Source of the DNA: a virus
Direction: 5' to 3' (one strand)
Length of the DNA: 64,000 bases
IMG/VR virus record: IMGVR_UViG_3300005529_000003
Location: 1 to 64,000 of that record
This document shows positions 8,346 through 18,539 of the stretch, piece after piece. The notes beneath the pieces were generated by a model that saw nothing but the letters and a program-made list of their open reading frames with translations, did no database searches and was not told the DNA's origin. The position numbers were made by a program, and so were the translations under genes. Position 1 is the first letter of the stretch, and each line of letters begins with the position of its first letter.

Positions 8346-8605
8346 TCGCTGTGAATGTCGTGACATGCCCTTGTTGCGGTCAGTCGATTTACTCTAGAGC
8401 ACGTCACGACTTCCGCTACTGCAACTGTGGCGAGGTGTGGGTCGATGGCGGTCTTGATTACTTCCGCTACCCTCTTCATACTGAGAAAGACAACCTCGAC
8501 GTGAAGACGTCTGTCGTTACCGTGGACGCAACGAGAGAGCAACTCTACCTCGACTACAAGAAATCTCGCAATCTCTTTGGCACTCTTCCCTCGACAGATC
8601 CATGA
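8342..8605 (+). CDS. Zn-ribbon phage protein
   Basis: CPCCGQSIYSRARHDFRYCNCGEVWVDGG. Confidence 0.7.
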   Translation: MIAVNVVTCPCCGQSIYSRARHDFRYCNCGEVWVDGGLDYFRYPLHTEKDNLDVKTSVVTVDATREQLYLDYKKSRNLFGTLPSTDP

Positions 8606-8886
8606 CCACTGAAGCGCAGACGTTCCTTGAGTATTTGAAAGCCTCTGGTCCTCCTCCAGATAAGCCCGACCCTCGCCCCTTCTACAATCAAGCCGGCAAT
8701 ATCATTCACTGGTATTGGGGAAGTGATCGGTCGTATGAGAAGTCGATCTTCCACGAAAGAGATGATGGGCTAAAAGTCTGGATAGGCTCTTTGGAAATCT
8801 CGATGGAAACAAATCAAGTTGTCGGTGTGAAGATACACGGCGAAGCAATTAAGGGCCTTGAGCTTTCTAGAAAGACGGCGGTTTAG
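8602..8886 (+). CDS. Hypothetical protein
   Basis: ATGA overlap with the upstream gene. Confidence 0.55.
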   Translation: MTTEAQTFLEYLKASGPPPDKPDPRPFYNQAGNIIHWYWGSDRSYEKSIFHERDDGLKVWIGSLEISMETNQVVGVKIHGEAIKGLELSRKTAV

Positions 8887-8891
8887 TCATA

Positions 8892-9416
8892 GTGATCTAC
8901 GTCGGTATTGACATTGGCCTCGATGGCGCTCTCGCGGCCCTCTCAGAACAAGGCGAAGTCCTCTGCGTGTCGAGGATGCCACTCCTCAAGAACTCGCATA
9001 AACGCAACGAGATCTCCTCGCCTGCTCTCGCCTCCTGGCTTCTCGAACTGCTTGATCAGACCGGCTTCGTTGCCGCTGAAACACGAGTAGTGATGGAGTA
9101 CGTCCACTCGTTCGGTTATGAATCGAGGAGTTCGATGTTCTCGTTCGGGCGGTCGGATGGAAAGACGAGGGCCGTCCTGGAGGTCCTGGCGATCCCCTTC
9201 ACCGACGTGGACCCGAAGACCTGGCAGAAGGCTCTCTTCCCTTCTCGTACGAAGAAGGAGAACACGAAACTCGCCGCCATAGAGTATTGTGAGCAGAAGT
9301 GGGGACGGTTCTTGACGCAGGAGCTGGGGATTCATCAACTCACGGACGGCATGGCCGACGCCCTCTGCATCGCTGAATACGGGCGGACTATCTATGATTG
9401 GAGTTCAATTACATGA
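8892..9416 (+). CDS. RuvC-like Holliday junction resolvase
   Basis: VGIDIGLDGA, VMEYV, SMFSFG, PKTWQK, DGMADALCIA. Confidence 0.85.
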   Translation: MIYVGIDIGLDGALAALSEQGEVLCVSRMPLLKNSHKRNEISSPALASWLLELLDQTGFVAAETRVVMEYVHSFGYESRSSMFSFGRSDGKTRAVLEVLAIPFTDVDPKTWQKALFPSRTKKENTKLAAIEYCEQKWGRFLTQELGIHQLTDGMADALCIAEYGRTIYDWSSIT

Positions 9417-9727
9417 AGAAGTTTTTCGCGGGCGTTTTTATTTCTTCGCTCGTCTGGTTCTCCTTGATGTGTTTCTATCATCTGCCGATGGGTTTCTACC
9501 CACCCCAACAGAAGTTGCACAAACAAGAAATGCGGATGTTCGTCGGTTTCGCGCCTGAGTTAGCACACCCTGCCGAGACGTTCTCGTCTGGGTTCGCAGA
9601 CCGTAAAGGGAACTTCTCTGTCTACTCTTTCAAACACAAACGCCACTACGAGGAATTCGTGAACGGTGTTCGTGAATACTCCAACTTGCTTTACCAGTCG
9701 ATGAACTTCTTCGACGGGAAAGACTAA
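9398..9727 (+). CDS. Hypothetical membrane-anchored protein
   Basis: N-terminal hydrophobic helix. Confidence 0.5.
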   Translation: MEFNYMKKFFAGVFISSLVWFSLMCFYHLPMGFYPPQQKLHKQEMRMFVGFAPELAHPAETFSSGFADRKGNFSVYSFKHKRHYEEFVNGVREYSNLLYQSMNFFDGKD

Positions 9728-10008
9728 TGGGAGTCGATTTCTTCCCTTGCGATCGCTGCAGAAACACGATCTGCGACTGCGGCGATTACATTCGCTGCAA
9801 GGGCAAACGTTGCGACCGCGTCTGGTGTTGCTTTGATTGCGCGAAAGAAGACGGATACCTCTTCGATTCCGACCACGATGATTACGGCACTTGCTCTTTC
9901 TGTCGTAAAGAACAGGCTACCGAATCCGAACTCCTTCATCATGCCCTTGATCTCTTGAAGATGACCAGGGCGAAACTCCTCAAGTCCTGGATTAACGAGA
10001 ACAAGTAA
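9727..10008 (+). CDS. Cys-rich hypothetical protein
   Basis: Multiple CxxC motifs; TAATG coupling with the upstream gene. Confidence 0.6.
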   Translation: MGVDFFPCDRCRNTICDCGDYIRCKGKRCDRVWCCFDCAKEDGYLFDSDHDDYGTCSFCRKEQATESELLHHALDLLKMTRAKLLKSWINENK

Positions 10009-10515
10009 GTGGAAATCCAAAAACACGACGACCTCTACCCGCACGATAAAGAACGCTTGACGGCTGTCTACCAGCAGTTCGTGACGAAGGACTCAGGAAA
10101 GCGGCAGGACTTCGACACAGGGGCCGTTCGAGATACGGACGAGAACAAGCCTCAGTACGAGCTGATCCCCTTCAGTCCTCACCGTAGAGTCGCTGAGCTG
10201 TACGCACGGGGCGGCAAGAAGTACCAGCCCCGCAACTGGGAGAAGGGGATGCCCTTCTCTCGCGTTCTCGGCTCGCTCCTTCGCCATGTCTACGCCTGGG
10301 CCGAAGGAGAGCGTTCAGAGGACCACCTGGCGGCTGTGATTTTTAACTCTTATGCTTTGATGTATTACGAGGAGCAAATCCTCAAGGGCCTCCTGCCGGC
10401 TGATCTGGACGACCTCGGCGTCTTGAAAGAACGTGAAGTCTATGTCTCGCCCTTACCAGTGATCGCAGAGATCAACCCCGTCATCCAGATCAAGGAAGGG
10501 CCTGCTCCGCCATGA
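10009..10515 (+). CDS. dATP/dGTP diphosphohydrolase domain protein (DUF5664)
   Basis: FDTGAVRD...KPQYELIP, GGKKYQPRNWEKG, SLLRH, EDHLAA. Confidence 0.85.
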   Translation: MEIQKHDDLYPHDKERLTAVYQQFVTKDSGKRQDFDTGAVRDTDENKPQYELIPFSPHRRVAELYARGGKKYQPRNWEKGMPFSRVLGSLLRHVYAWAEGERSEDHLAAVIFNSYALMYYEEQILKGLLPADLDDLGVLKEREVYVSPLPVIAEINPVIQIKEGPAPP

Positions 10516-10727
10516 ACAAAGAACAAGACGAAGCGGTGAGACGGATCGAAGCCGCGTTCAACCGCCTCGCTTTCGTCTTCGCGTGCGGTTTCGGGGCGGT
10601 CTGTTACATTCTCCACAAAGCGCAACAAGTCACGCCGATCGCCGACGCGACTCAACTACTTCACAAACTCGACAAGTTTGTTGACAAGCTCAACACGCTT
10701 CTCGACCGAGTACTCCCTCTTATCTAA
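10512..10727 (+). CDS. Small hypothetical membrane protein
   Basis: ATGA overlap and one hydrophobic segment. Confidence 0.5.
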   Translation: MNKEQDEAVRRIEAAFNRLAFVFACGFGAVCYILHKAQQVTPIADATQLLHKLDKFVDKLNTLLDRVLPLI

Positions 10728-10946
10728 CTTCGTAAACATCGATGGATAAGTTTCCGGACATTGAGCCGATGATTAAAAGCCTTGGGTGTGTCTTCTTCAT
10801 CCTCGGTTTCTCTACCGCCTGTGTGTTGGCGTCAATCGGACTTCTTCTTTGGAGTATCTATCAATGAACTTCTTTGAAGGCTTCTTTCTCTCCTTGCTCC
10901 TCTGCGTGCTTTTCCTCTTTCTTCTGGCGGCGTACTTCGCTTCTCG

Positions 10947-11528
10947 TTGGATGCAGTAATGACTCTACCTCTTCGTATCAATCTTCATGGTGGTAGCGGT
11001 GTTGGTAAATCTGCTTTGGCCGCTCGCCTCTTCGCAGACCTCAAGGCAGCAGGGATCGAGAAGCTCGAACTCGTCAAGGAGTGGATCAAGCAGTGGGCGT
11101 GGGAGGGAAAGACGTGTGACGAGTTCGACCAGTGCAAGGTATTCGGTGAGCAGCTTTACGCAGAGCATTCTCTCTTGAAGCTTGGCGTCTCTCTGATCAC
11201 CGACTCGCCGATTCAGATGCAGATCCCGTACGTCTTGCGGTCGAAAGAAAAGTCCACCGCCCTCCTCTTCGCTCGCGGGCTGACAGACATCGCCTCGTCG
11301 TTCGACAAGCGGTGGTCGCACATCGACTTCTTCGTCGATCGGTCGTTCGTCTTCAAGCAAGCGGACGGAAGGTACGAGGACCTGAACGGAGCTAAAGAGA
11401 TGGACCTGGCGATCGTGCGACACCTGGGGACAGTAAGTGACGGCAATTTCTTCGTCATCAAACCTGTGAAGGATTACGACTTCATCTTGAGAACTTGCAA
11501 GAAGGCGTTGTCAGAACAATGTACCTAG
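10947..11528 (+). CDS. P-loop kinase / AAA_28 (NadR-like)
   Basis: INLHGGSGVGKS, EWIKQWAWE, ITDSP. Confidence 0.75.
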   Translation: MDAVMTLPLRINLHGGSGVGKSALAARLFADLKAAGIEKLELVKEWIKQWAWEGKTCDEFDQCKVFGEQLYAEHSLLKLGVSLITDSPIQMQIPYVLRSKEKSTALLFARGLTDIASSFDKRWSHIDFFVDRSFVFKQADGRYEDLNGAKEMDLAIVRHLGTVSDGNFFVIKPVKDYDFILRTCKKALSEQCT

Positions 11529-11932
11529 TTTACACAGCCGGCCCTATTCGCTCCAAGAAGGGCCTCTACCATATCGAGCAGAACATCCGTCGCGCTGAAG
11601 GTGTTGCTCTTGAACTCTGGCGAATGGGATTTGCTGTTTTGTGCCCACACGCTAACACGAGACACTTTGACGGAGCCTTGATCGACGGTGACGAGACGGA
11701 CTTCTTCAAGGACGCCGACCTCTGGCTTAAAGGCGATTTCGAGATGCTCAAGCGTTGCGACCTCATCGTCATGCTGCCGGGCTGGATGGACTCCAAAGGC
11801 GCGACGGCTGAATACGAGTACGCCCTCGAACTCCGCCTCCCCGTCTTTCACTGGCCTGGAGCGAAAGAAGAACTCCAGATGATCGGCTCCGGTAAGATCG
11901 CCTTGAAGAAGAACAACACATGGAAATCTTGA
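11519..11932 (+). CDS. Nucleoside 2-deoxyribosyltransferase-like protein (DUF4406/DUF1937 type)
   Basis: VYTAGP, CPH, MLKRCDLIVMLPGWMDSKGATAEYEYA. Confidence 0.75.
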   Translation: MYLVYTAGPIRSKKGLYHIEQNIRRAEGVALELWRMGFAVLCPHANTRHFDGALIDGDETDFFKDADLWLKGDFEMLKRCDLIVMLPGWMDSKGATAEYEYALELRLPVFHWPGAKEELQMIGSGKIALKKNNTWKS

Positions 11933-12564
11933 CTACTCCTGGATCTTCTGGTCATTCGTTCTCGCCCTTGAGCATCGCGTTTTATCACCTCGTCGCCCTC
12001 CTGGCGACGTATACGCCGTGGTCGCCGCCCGACTTCCTGGTCGAGAACAACCGATTCCAGCAGGCTCTCTACGTCGTCGCCCACGACCACCAGATCGCTA
12101 ACGTGGACTTCACCGATCGCTGGGAGTACTCCCAGGAAGCAGGAGACTTTGTTCGCTTCCGCGATCCGCCACGTCACTTTCTCGACTGGATGAAATGCAC
12201 GGCGTGGGAGGTTCTTCATTACCCTCGCGTCGAAGAAGTCGATCGCTTTCCACTCTGCGTCTATGGCGAACACTCACGCCTCGTTCGCATCCACCAGGAT
12301 CATGTTGACCTCTTCAAACTCCGTGGCGAGGTACTTGGTGGCTACGAAGGAGATAAATGGTTCGAGCTGGCGAATCATCTTGACGAATTCTGGAAAGCGT
12401 GGGAACTTATGTACGCCGCTCATGGTGCTGGCGATTACTTCTATCGCCGCCAGCAACTCCACAAGCTTCGCGAAATGCTCGGTGAGGACAACTGGAGGAA
12501 GGCGATCATGCCTCCTGTCGTTCCTGCTCACCTCCTTGAGCCACACCTCCTTACGAAAGAATAA
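11920..12564 (+). CDS. Hypothetical protein resembling a planctomycete family
   Basis: C-terminal RRQQLHKLREMLGEDNW...MPPVVP. Confidence 0.55.
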   Translation: MEILTTPGSSGHSFSPLSIAFYHLVALLATYTPWSPPDFLVENNRFQQALYVVAHDHQIANVDFTDRWEYSQEAGDFVRFRDPPRHFLDWMKCTAWEVLHYPRVEEVDRFPLCVYGEHSRLVRIHQDHVDLFKLRGEVLGGYEGDKWFELANHLDEFWKAWELMYAAHGAGDYFYRRQQLHKLREMLGEDNWRKAIMPPVVPAHLLEPHLLTKE

Positions 12565-12581
12565 GATTTCACTCTTAAATC

Positions 12582-12854
12582 ATGAGCGAACACGAAGACT
12601 TGCTGGAGAAGATCTCTGACCTGGAAGACAAGCTCGACGACATCATCGACGCAATCGACAACGTTCAGACGATCGTCCTTCCTCTCCTGAAAGGTCGTGA
12701 AGTTTCTTTCAACAGCAATGTCAGCAGACCGCCTTACCATTATGCGAGTTCTGGGGTTGTCACTGAAATTACTCCTGACAATCGCGTTCTCGTCTTGCAA
12801 AAGAACGGTGAGACGATATCCGTTGACCCTTGTTATTTGAAGGCGATTACATGA
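12582..12854 (+). CDS. Hypothetical protein
   Basis: Coiled-coil N-terminus; coupled to thyA. Confidence 0.55.
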   Translation: MSEHEDLLEKISDLEDKLDDIIDAIDNVQTIVLPLLKGREVSFNSNVSRPPYHYASSGVVTEITPDNRVLVLQKNGETISVDPCYLKAIT

Positions 12855-13684
12855 ACACTGTCGATCTGACTTACGCCACCTTGATCAAGACGATCCTGGA
12901 GGAAGGTGATGAGATTCGCACAAGGAACTCGAACGTCCGCAGGATCATCGGAGAGAAGGTCGTTTTCAACCACGCTCCCTTGATCTCCGTTCGCAAGACG
13001 GCATGGAAGAACGCCCTTAGAGAATGGGAGTGGTTCATGAGCGGCCAAAGCGACATCCGATCTCTTCACCCTTCTGTTCACTCATGGTGGCTTCCTTGGG
13101 CTGATGAGAACCAAGTTGTTAAGAACAACTACTCCGAACAATTCCGTTGCTTTGTTGGGGGCATCCACAATCACGAAACGGATTCGATTGAGATGATCAC
13201 TCTTGATCAAATCGAAGCTCTTATAGACGGAATCAAGAACCACCCCTCCTCTCGCCGGAATGTCATTACGACCTGGAACACTGCTGAGATGTTTCACACA
13301 CAGACGCCTATCACGAACTGTCACGGTACTGTCATTCAAGCGTTCGTCGATCCCCAGAACCGTCTACACCTAACGACCTATCAACGGAGCGTGGACGTCA
13401 TCTGTGGGCTTCCTCACAACTGGATTCAGTACTGGGCCTTCCTCCTCTGGCTCGCGGAGAGAGGCGGACGAGAAGTCGGCTCGTTGATCTGGATCGGCGG
13501 CGATGTTCACGTCTACGAGGCTCACGAAATACTGGCGAAGAAGATCGTCATGGAGGCCGCGAATGTCATGAAGACGCCAAGTCTGATTTACGACCCGACT
13601 TCAGACGACTTCAAGGCAGAAGATTTCAAGCTCGATTGCGATTATTCGCCTATCATTACTGATAAGGCTGAGATGATTGTTTGA
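12851..13684 (+). CDS. thyA: Thymidylate synthase
   Basis: EWEWFMSG, SRRNVITTWN, catalytic NCH, YQRSVD...GLPHN, GDVHVY. Confidence 0.85.
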   Translation: MNTVDLTYATLIKTILEEGDEIRTRNSNVRRIIGEKVVFNHAPLISVRKTAWKNALREWEWFMSGQSDIRSLHPSVHSWWLPWADENQVVKNNYSEQFRCFVGGIHNHETDSIEMITLDQIEALIDGIKNHPSSRRNVITTWNTAEMFHTQTPITNCHGTVIQAFVDPQNRLHLTTYQRSVDVICGLPHNWIQYWAFLLWLAERGGREVGSLIWIGGDVHVYEAHEILAKKIVMEAANVMKTPSLIYDPTSDDFKAEDFKLDCDYSPIITDKAEMIV

Positions 13685-13711
13685 TTCACAAGTATGAAAG
13701 TTAGCTAGTCA

Positions 13712-14605
13712 ATGCCTGGTGGTCTTTTCTTCACACGCCCCTGTCCCCTCCTCTACTCTCCTGGGTCATCGGTTGGGTTGTTCTTCCAGAGCGACCCTCA
13801 CTTTGGCGCTTCGGACGTTGATTACGACCTCCTCGACCAGGAGCGTAAGAAAGTCCTGAAGCGGGGCGACCGCCTCTGTGTCAACGGTGACGTCTTCGAC
13901 GCAATCCTGACGCGGGACACGAAGCGGTACGAGCCAACGAAGTTGCACAAGTCGCTCCAGGGCAGGAACGACCTCCTCAACGGAGCGATCGACATGGCGT
14001 ACTCCTACTACGCCCCTCTCGCTTCCCGCATCGACATGATAGGAACAGGAAACCATGAGTCAGCACTAGAGAAGCACCACAACGTCGATCCCATCTCCTT
14101 GCTCGTCAAGCGATTGAATCAACTCCCCGACACCCAGATCGCTTACGGTGGGTACGCCGGCTTCGTTCAGTACTCCTTCCAGGACAAGCCCCAGAACTTC
14201 CAGCCGCAGAAGTTCACCGTCTTCTACTGGCACGGCTCTGGAGGCGGTAACTCGCTTGCATCCTCGGCCAGTGAGTTCGAGAAGAAGGGGTTCATCGAAG
14301 GTGCGGACGTTTTCTGGATCGCCCACAAGCATACGAGGATGGCGATCGAAGTCGAGCGACTCTCCTGCCCCCCGAGCGGCCACAAGCCCGTCCTCCGCAA
14401 GCAGTGGAACATCCGCACGGGGAGCTACTTCAAGACCTACGAAGGCCAAAGTCCGCAGGAGTTCAAGGAGTTCGGCAGGCTCTCTAACTTCGCCGCTGAC
14501 GCCCTTTTACCGCCTCAAGGGAGAGGGGGAATCCGCCTCGTGCTAACTTTCGACAGGAAGACGGGGAAGCGGAACGACACGAAAGTCGAGCTGTACTCGT
14601 CTTGA
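13712..14605 (+). CDS. Calcineurin-like metallophosphoesterase
   Basis: SDPH, GDVFD, GNHE, WHG, AHKH motifs. Confidence 0.85.
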   Translation: MPGGLFFTRPCPLLYSPGSSVGLFFQSDPHFGASDVDYDLLDQERKKVLKRGDRLCVNGDVFDAILTRDTKRYEPTKLHKSLQGRNDLLNGAIDMAYSYYAPLASRIDMIGTGNHESALEKHHNVDPISLLVKRLNQLPDTQIAYGGYAGFVQYSFQDKPQNFQPQKFTVFYWHGSGGGNSLASSASEFEKKGFIEGADVFWIAHKHTRMAIEVERLSCPPSGHKPVLRKQWNIRTGSYFKTYEGQSPQEFKEFGRLSNFAADALLPPQGRGGIRLVLTFDRKTGKRNDTKVELYSS

Positions 14606-14726
14606 ACTGATTTATGAACGGATTCTTGCACACGTTTGATTCTTTCTAAAGTCTTATTCTTCCTCCACTTGCGAAGAAATTGACCAAAGTTATGAACAGA
14701 AAACACAGAAAGTTGAACTGATTTTC

Positions 14727-15023
14727 GTGGACACTCACTCCCTCCTCCTTGTCGCTGCCGCCGTTGCCTCTGGGGCTCTTTGCTTCCTCACTGCCGCTGT
14801 TCATCATCTTGCAAAGGAAATGAAGAAGGCCAACAAACAAGTGCTGCGCATCAGGAAGACGCAGCAAACGCTCTGCGACGTCCTCGACCGCGTCGTGGAC
14901 CTCCACAACACCGCCGCGAACTGCTTCCACCAGGACCTCCAGGCGATCCAGCAGACGATCCACGCACTTGTCCAGTCGAACATCGAAAATACAAACGGCG
15001 GCAACAGCGGAGGTTCGCTGTAA
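14727..15023 (+). CDS. Hypothetical membrane/coiled-coil protein
   Basis: N-terminal TM segment followed by heptad repeats. Confidence 0.5.
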   Translation: MDTHSLLLVAAAVASGALCFLTAAVHHLAKEMKKANKQVLRIRKTQQTLCDVLDRVVDLHNTAANCFHQDLQAIQQTIHALVQSNIENTNGGNSGGSL

Positions 15024-15027
15024 CGCC

Positions 15028-15576
15028 ATGACAGAAATCATCACCCCCACTTCGACGAAATCTGTCATGCGTCACAAGTCGAACGCTTCTCCGTACCGAT
15101 TTTTTCTAGCCTCCGCCAACGACCTTCCGTTGCTTGCAGAGATGGAGAAACAAGATTCAAGCCGAGAAGACTACTTCACGCTCCGCTCGTTCCAGAGGCA
15201 CCACTCGAACTCCAATGCCCTCATCCTCATCGCGAGATGTTCCTCGACAGGAAAGACCCTCGGGTACATTGCTACAAGGACCAGGCTACACGATATACTC
15301 GTGTCCAACTGGGCTGTATTTTCTCGACTTACGTCGGAGGATATTGATGAAGCGGTTGGGCTTGCCCTCGTGCGTAAGCTCAACAACCTCCCAGACGATT
15401 ACTCTGCATATCGACGTAAGATCGTGACTGTCTTCGTCCGTGAACGCAACCTGAAAGAGCAGTTGTTTTGGAAGAAAGCGGGATTTCGTTGCGAGAAGAT
15501 CCTCGACTCGTTCTTCGATTTTCCTCCTGACGCCGCTTATTTATTCCGTCGCCGCAGCATCACAAAGAACTCTTGA
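15028..15576 (+). CDS. GNAT acetyltransferase, divergent RimI-like
   Basis: VRERNLKEQLFWKKAGF...DAAYLF; paralog of 24707-25291. Confidence 0.7.
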   Translation: MTEIITPTSTKSVMRHKSNASPYRFFLASANDLPLLAEMEKQDSSREDYFTLRSFQRHHSNSNALILIARCSSTGKTLGYIATRTRLHDILVSNWAVFSRLTSEDIDEAVGLALVRKLNNLPDDYSAYRRKIVTVFVRERNLKEQLFWKKAGFRCEKILDSFFDFPPDAAYLFRRRSITKNS

Positions 15577-15776
15577 TCCGCATGTCAGTTGTTAAAGAAG
15601 AAGCCACCGTCTATTTCAGTTCCGACGCTTCCATGAACGTCACGGCAACCCCACTAGATAATCTTGAATTCACCCTTCAGGACAACACTCGTATCATCAC
15701 GGTCGTTACTACTCGAGAAGTTCTTCAACGGGCCTTCAGAATGCTTGGATCATTCCTCGCCGCTGGCGCTGACTGA
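15573..15776 (+). CDS. Hypothetical protein
   Basis: Fills a gap in the operon. Confidence 0.45.
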   Translation: MIRMSVVKEEATVYFSSDASMNVTATPLDNLEFTLQDNTRIITVVTTREVLQRAFRMLGSFLAAGAD

Positions 15777-15785
15777 GAACTCACG

Positions 15786-16634
15786 TTGAAGTCTTTTCGC
15801 AAACAACATCGTGAACAAGAACGCCGACGAAGAATGAAACTCAAGAAATCCGTGACTGCCGACGCTCATTCTTCGTCACTAAAGACGGAGTGGTTCGGGT
15901 ACTTCAACTTCGAGCCTCGCAACGAGTCGCAGAAGAAGGCCGCGGAACTTTTCAAGAGCAAGCGCGTTCTCTTCCTCCTCGGTCAAGCAGGGAGTGGAAA
16001 GACCTTTGCCGCAGTCGCCCTTGCCCTACAACACACCCTGGCCCTTCTCACGAACAAAAAAGTAAGAGACGCCGACTCGATGTCAGCGTCTCTCAAGGTC
16101 GAGGACTCTTCTTCTACAAGGCTTTCGTGGATTCACGGTGTGCCGCAGATCGTCTTGACGAGGCCTGTCGTGGAAGCGGCCGACGAACACCTGGGGTTCA
16201 TTCCTGGCGACACGGATGACAAGATTGCCCCTTATCTCGAGCCAGCTTATGCCGTCGTGGACCGCCTGAAGACGAGCATGATACTCCCTGACGGCTTCGA
16301 CCCTCGTAAGCTCTTCAAAGCCGTCCCCCTCGCTTACTTGAGGGGGTGGACACTTCCGAGCATTGCCGTCCTTGAGGAGGCGCAGAACTGCAACCTCAAG
16401 CAGCTCGTCTGTTTCTTGACGAGGCTCGGCAAGGGAGCTAAAGCTATCATCACCGCCGACCCCTCTCAGAACGACGTGGCGTCCAGGAGCCGAAAACCTC
16501 CTATCGTCGAGGTGATCAAGAAACTCTCAACGCTCGATGAAGTCGGAGTCGTTCACACAACGGCGGCAGACAACCTTCGCGACCCCTTCGTCAACAAGGT
16601 CCTCAAAGCCTTCAACCTCAACGGCGTTGAATGA
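15786..16634 (+). CDS. phoH: PhoH family ATPase
   Basis: GQAGSGKT, LTRPVVEA, LGFIPG, PLAYLRG, EEAQN, LTRLG. Confidence 0.9.
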   Translation: MKSFRKQHREQERRRRMKLKKSVTADAHSSSLKTEWFGYFNFEPRNESQKKAAELFKSKRVLFLLGQAGSGKTFAAVALALQHTLALLTNKKVRDADSMSASLKVEDSSSTRLSWIHGVPQIVLTRPVVEAADEHLGFIPGDTDDKIAPYLEPAYAVVDRLKTSMILPDGFDPRKLFKAVPLAYLRGWTLPSIAVLEEAQNCNLKQLVCFLTRLGKGAKAIITADPSQNDVASRSRKPPIVEVIKKLSTLDEVGVVHTTAADNLRDPFVNKVLKAFNLNGVE

Positions 16635-17296
16635 CTCGCCTCACAAACCTCGATCCCTCTCCCGACGCCGACACGCCGCCCGTCCCACTCATCAACAACA
16701 GGCGACAAGACGTCGATAACCGCCCGAACGCCAGGACGATCGCCAAACGCGAGCGTGCCCTCCGCGCCCTCCAGATGCGTAAAGAGGGCTACTCCTTCCA
16801 GGAGATCGGTGAGGAGCTTGGGCTCAACCCGCACTACGTCTCTCAGATGGTGATTGCGGAGTTGAAGAAGATCAACAAGCTGTCGGCCGAGACACGCGAC
16901 GAACTCGTGCGGATGGAGGTCGAGCGCTGCGACTCACTCCTCAAGGCCCTCTACCCCGACCGCGGCCAGGCGAAGGTCACGGAAGTCATCCTCAAGGTAA
17001 TGGAGCGTAAGGCACGTCTGCTTGGCCTGGACGCTCCGCTAAAGCTCGAACAGGCGATCACCGTCGAGGATCTCACTCCCGAACAGCAGGCGGAGGAGGC
17101 ACGCAGGATTGGTCTTGTTCTTCTTGCTTCTGCTGAACCTCAAGCAATACCTCTCTTATCAGCGTCTGGTCAGGGCGGAATCGTGAGCGGCCTATTACCA
17201 GGCGAAACCATTGCCGTACCTGTATCTCCGTCAAACCACCCTGCTCAAGAAGTCCAAGACGCGGATTTCGAAATGAACGAGAAGAAAGACTCATGA
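16631..17296 (+). CDS. HTH protein, probable terminase small subunit
   Basis: ALQMRKEGYSFQEIGEELG...ERKARLLGLDAP; upstream of TerL. Confidence 0.65.
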   Translation: MTRLTNLDPSPDADTPPVPLINNRRQDVDNRPNARTIAKRERALRALQMRKEGYSFQEIGEELGLNPHYVSQMVIAELKKINKLSAETRDELVRMEVERCDSLLKALYPDRGQAKVTEVILKVMERKARLLGLDAPLKLEQAITVEDLTPEQQAEEARRIGLVLLASAEPQAIPLLSASGQGGIVSGLLPGETIAVPVSPSNHPAQEVQDADFEMNEKKDS

Positions 17297-17649
17297 CTTT
17301 AGAAACTCCTGACAATCCCAAAACAGACCCCCTTGTCTGGAAGGACATCACGCCTTACGAAGCCGGCCAGAAGGGCAAAGTACCGCCGACCTTCCTCGCT
17401 GGTGGCATTGGCGACGTTTCGATCACAATCAAGAAGGTTCACGGCAGAGAGAATTCTTACGAGCTTTCTTTCCTTGGTCATCGTGAGAAGCTTGAAGGTC
17501 AGGCTTTCAAGAACCTGGAGGACGTCAAGATCGCAGCCCTTTACAAGCTCCATGACTGGCTGACGTTCCACCTCAACCTCGCCGAGATCTCTTTGCAAAC
17601 GAACTGGAGCGCCCCTTTCGCGGAGGTCCATGAAGATGAAGCTAAGTAA
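17293..17649 (+). CDS. Hypothetical protein
   Basis: ATGA overlap. Confidence 0.55.
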   Translation: MTLETPDNPKTDPLVWKDITPYEAGQKGKVPPTFLAGGIGDVSITIKKVHGRENSYELSFLGHREKLEGQAFKNLEDVKIAALYKLHDWLTFHLNLAEISLQTNWSAPFAEVHEDEAK

Positions 17650-18094
17650 GAACGCCGGCCACATCCTTCGACTCGTCGCCAACATCCTTGAACACGCCGA
17701 GCAGACGAAAGGGAAGGTTGACCTCCAGATCCTTCCGATCGGCGTACGCATCCCAGGCTTCGACCGCCCTCTCACCACAGGCGGTTACGTCCTCAAGATG
17801 GCGTACCAGCCTGGTCACGAGCAAGACAGCGGCGGCTTGCACTCTCTTGAAGGTTGTCTCGGCGAGGCAGAACTCAACCCTGACGGACTGCTTCCTTACC
17901 CTGACGCCGAGGACGTACTGGAAGCGTTGAAGCTGGCGTGTTCTTACAACGCGGATTCGGAGAAACTCGTACGCGAGTTGTTCGAGAAGAAGAACGTGCC
18001 GGTCGAAGAAGTGACGGATGCGAAAGAAGAAGTTGTGGAAGGCGTCACAAAGACGCCGCCGAAAGGTTTCAAGCTTGTTGGCGTTGATGATTAG
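17630..18094 (+). CDS. Hypothetical protein
   Basis: Operon position and codon use. Confidence 0.55.
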   Translation: MKMKLSKNAGHILRLVANILEHAEQTKGKVDLQILPIGVRIPGFDRPLTTGGYVLKMAYQPGHEQDSGGLHSLEGCLGEAELNPDGLLPYPDAEDVLEALKLACSYNADSEKLVRELFEKKNVPVEEVTDAKEEVVEGVTKTPPKGFKLVGVDD

Positions 18095-18539
18095 GTTTGC
18101 AACGAGCGTCTTTCTTCATCGCTTTCTTACCGATCTTTGCAAGCTTCTTCCAAAAACTACGAATGACGTCTGGACGCTTTTTGAAGCTGATTGGAAACAT
18201 GGCGGGTTCTACTTTTCTGCCTCTTTCCTTTGACTCTTCCAACCACCTATAAGACCAAAGTCTAGCCAGATTTGAAACGTCGTCGGGTCTGGTAGTCCAG
18301 CAGACACAACTACTCAAAAATTGGTTGGAATTGTTGTACAGATACTCCAACCACAATTGTCCGCCTGTTTCCTTGATCCCCCTTGCGATTGCTCTCGCCC
18401 TCTTCTCTCTCTTTGATTCGCCTTCTTGGTCAAATAGCCAGTCGGCGTAGATTAGCCATTCATCTTCTTTTGCCCACCGTGGCTCTTTAACTTCCACCAC
18501 TTTCTCTTCTCCTTGCAATGACCAATGACCAACGACCAA
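18069..18539 (-). CDS. TIGR02996-like domain protein (paralog of 24015-24452)
   Basis: WLIYADWLFDQ...RARAIARGIKETGG...FWKKLAKIG; true start may lie downstream. Confidence 0.65.
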   Translation of the reverse strand: MVVGHWSLQGEEKVVEVKEPRWAKEDEWLIYADWLFDQEGESKREKRARAIARGIKETGGQLWLEYLYNNSNQFLSSCVCWTTRPDDVSNLARLWSYRWLEESKERGRKVEPAMFPISFKKRPDVIRSFWKKLAKIGKKAMKKDARCKPNHQRQQA

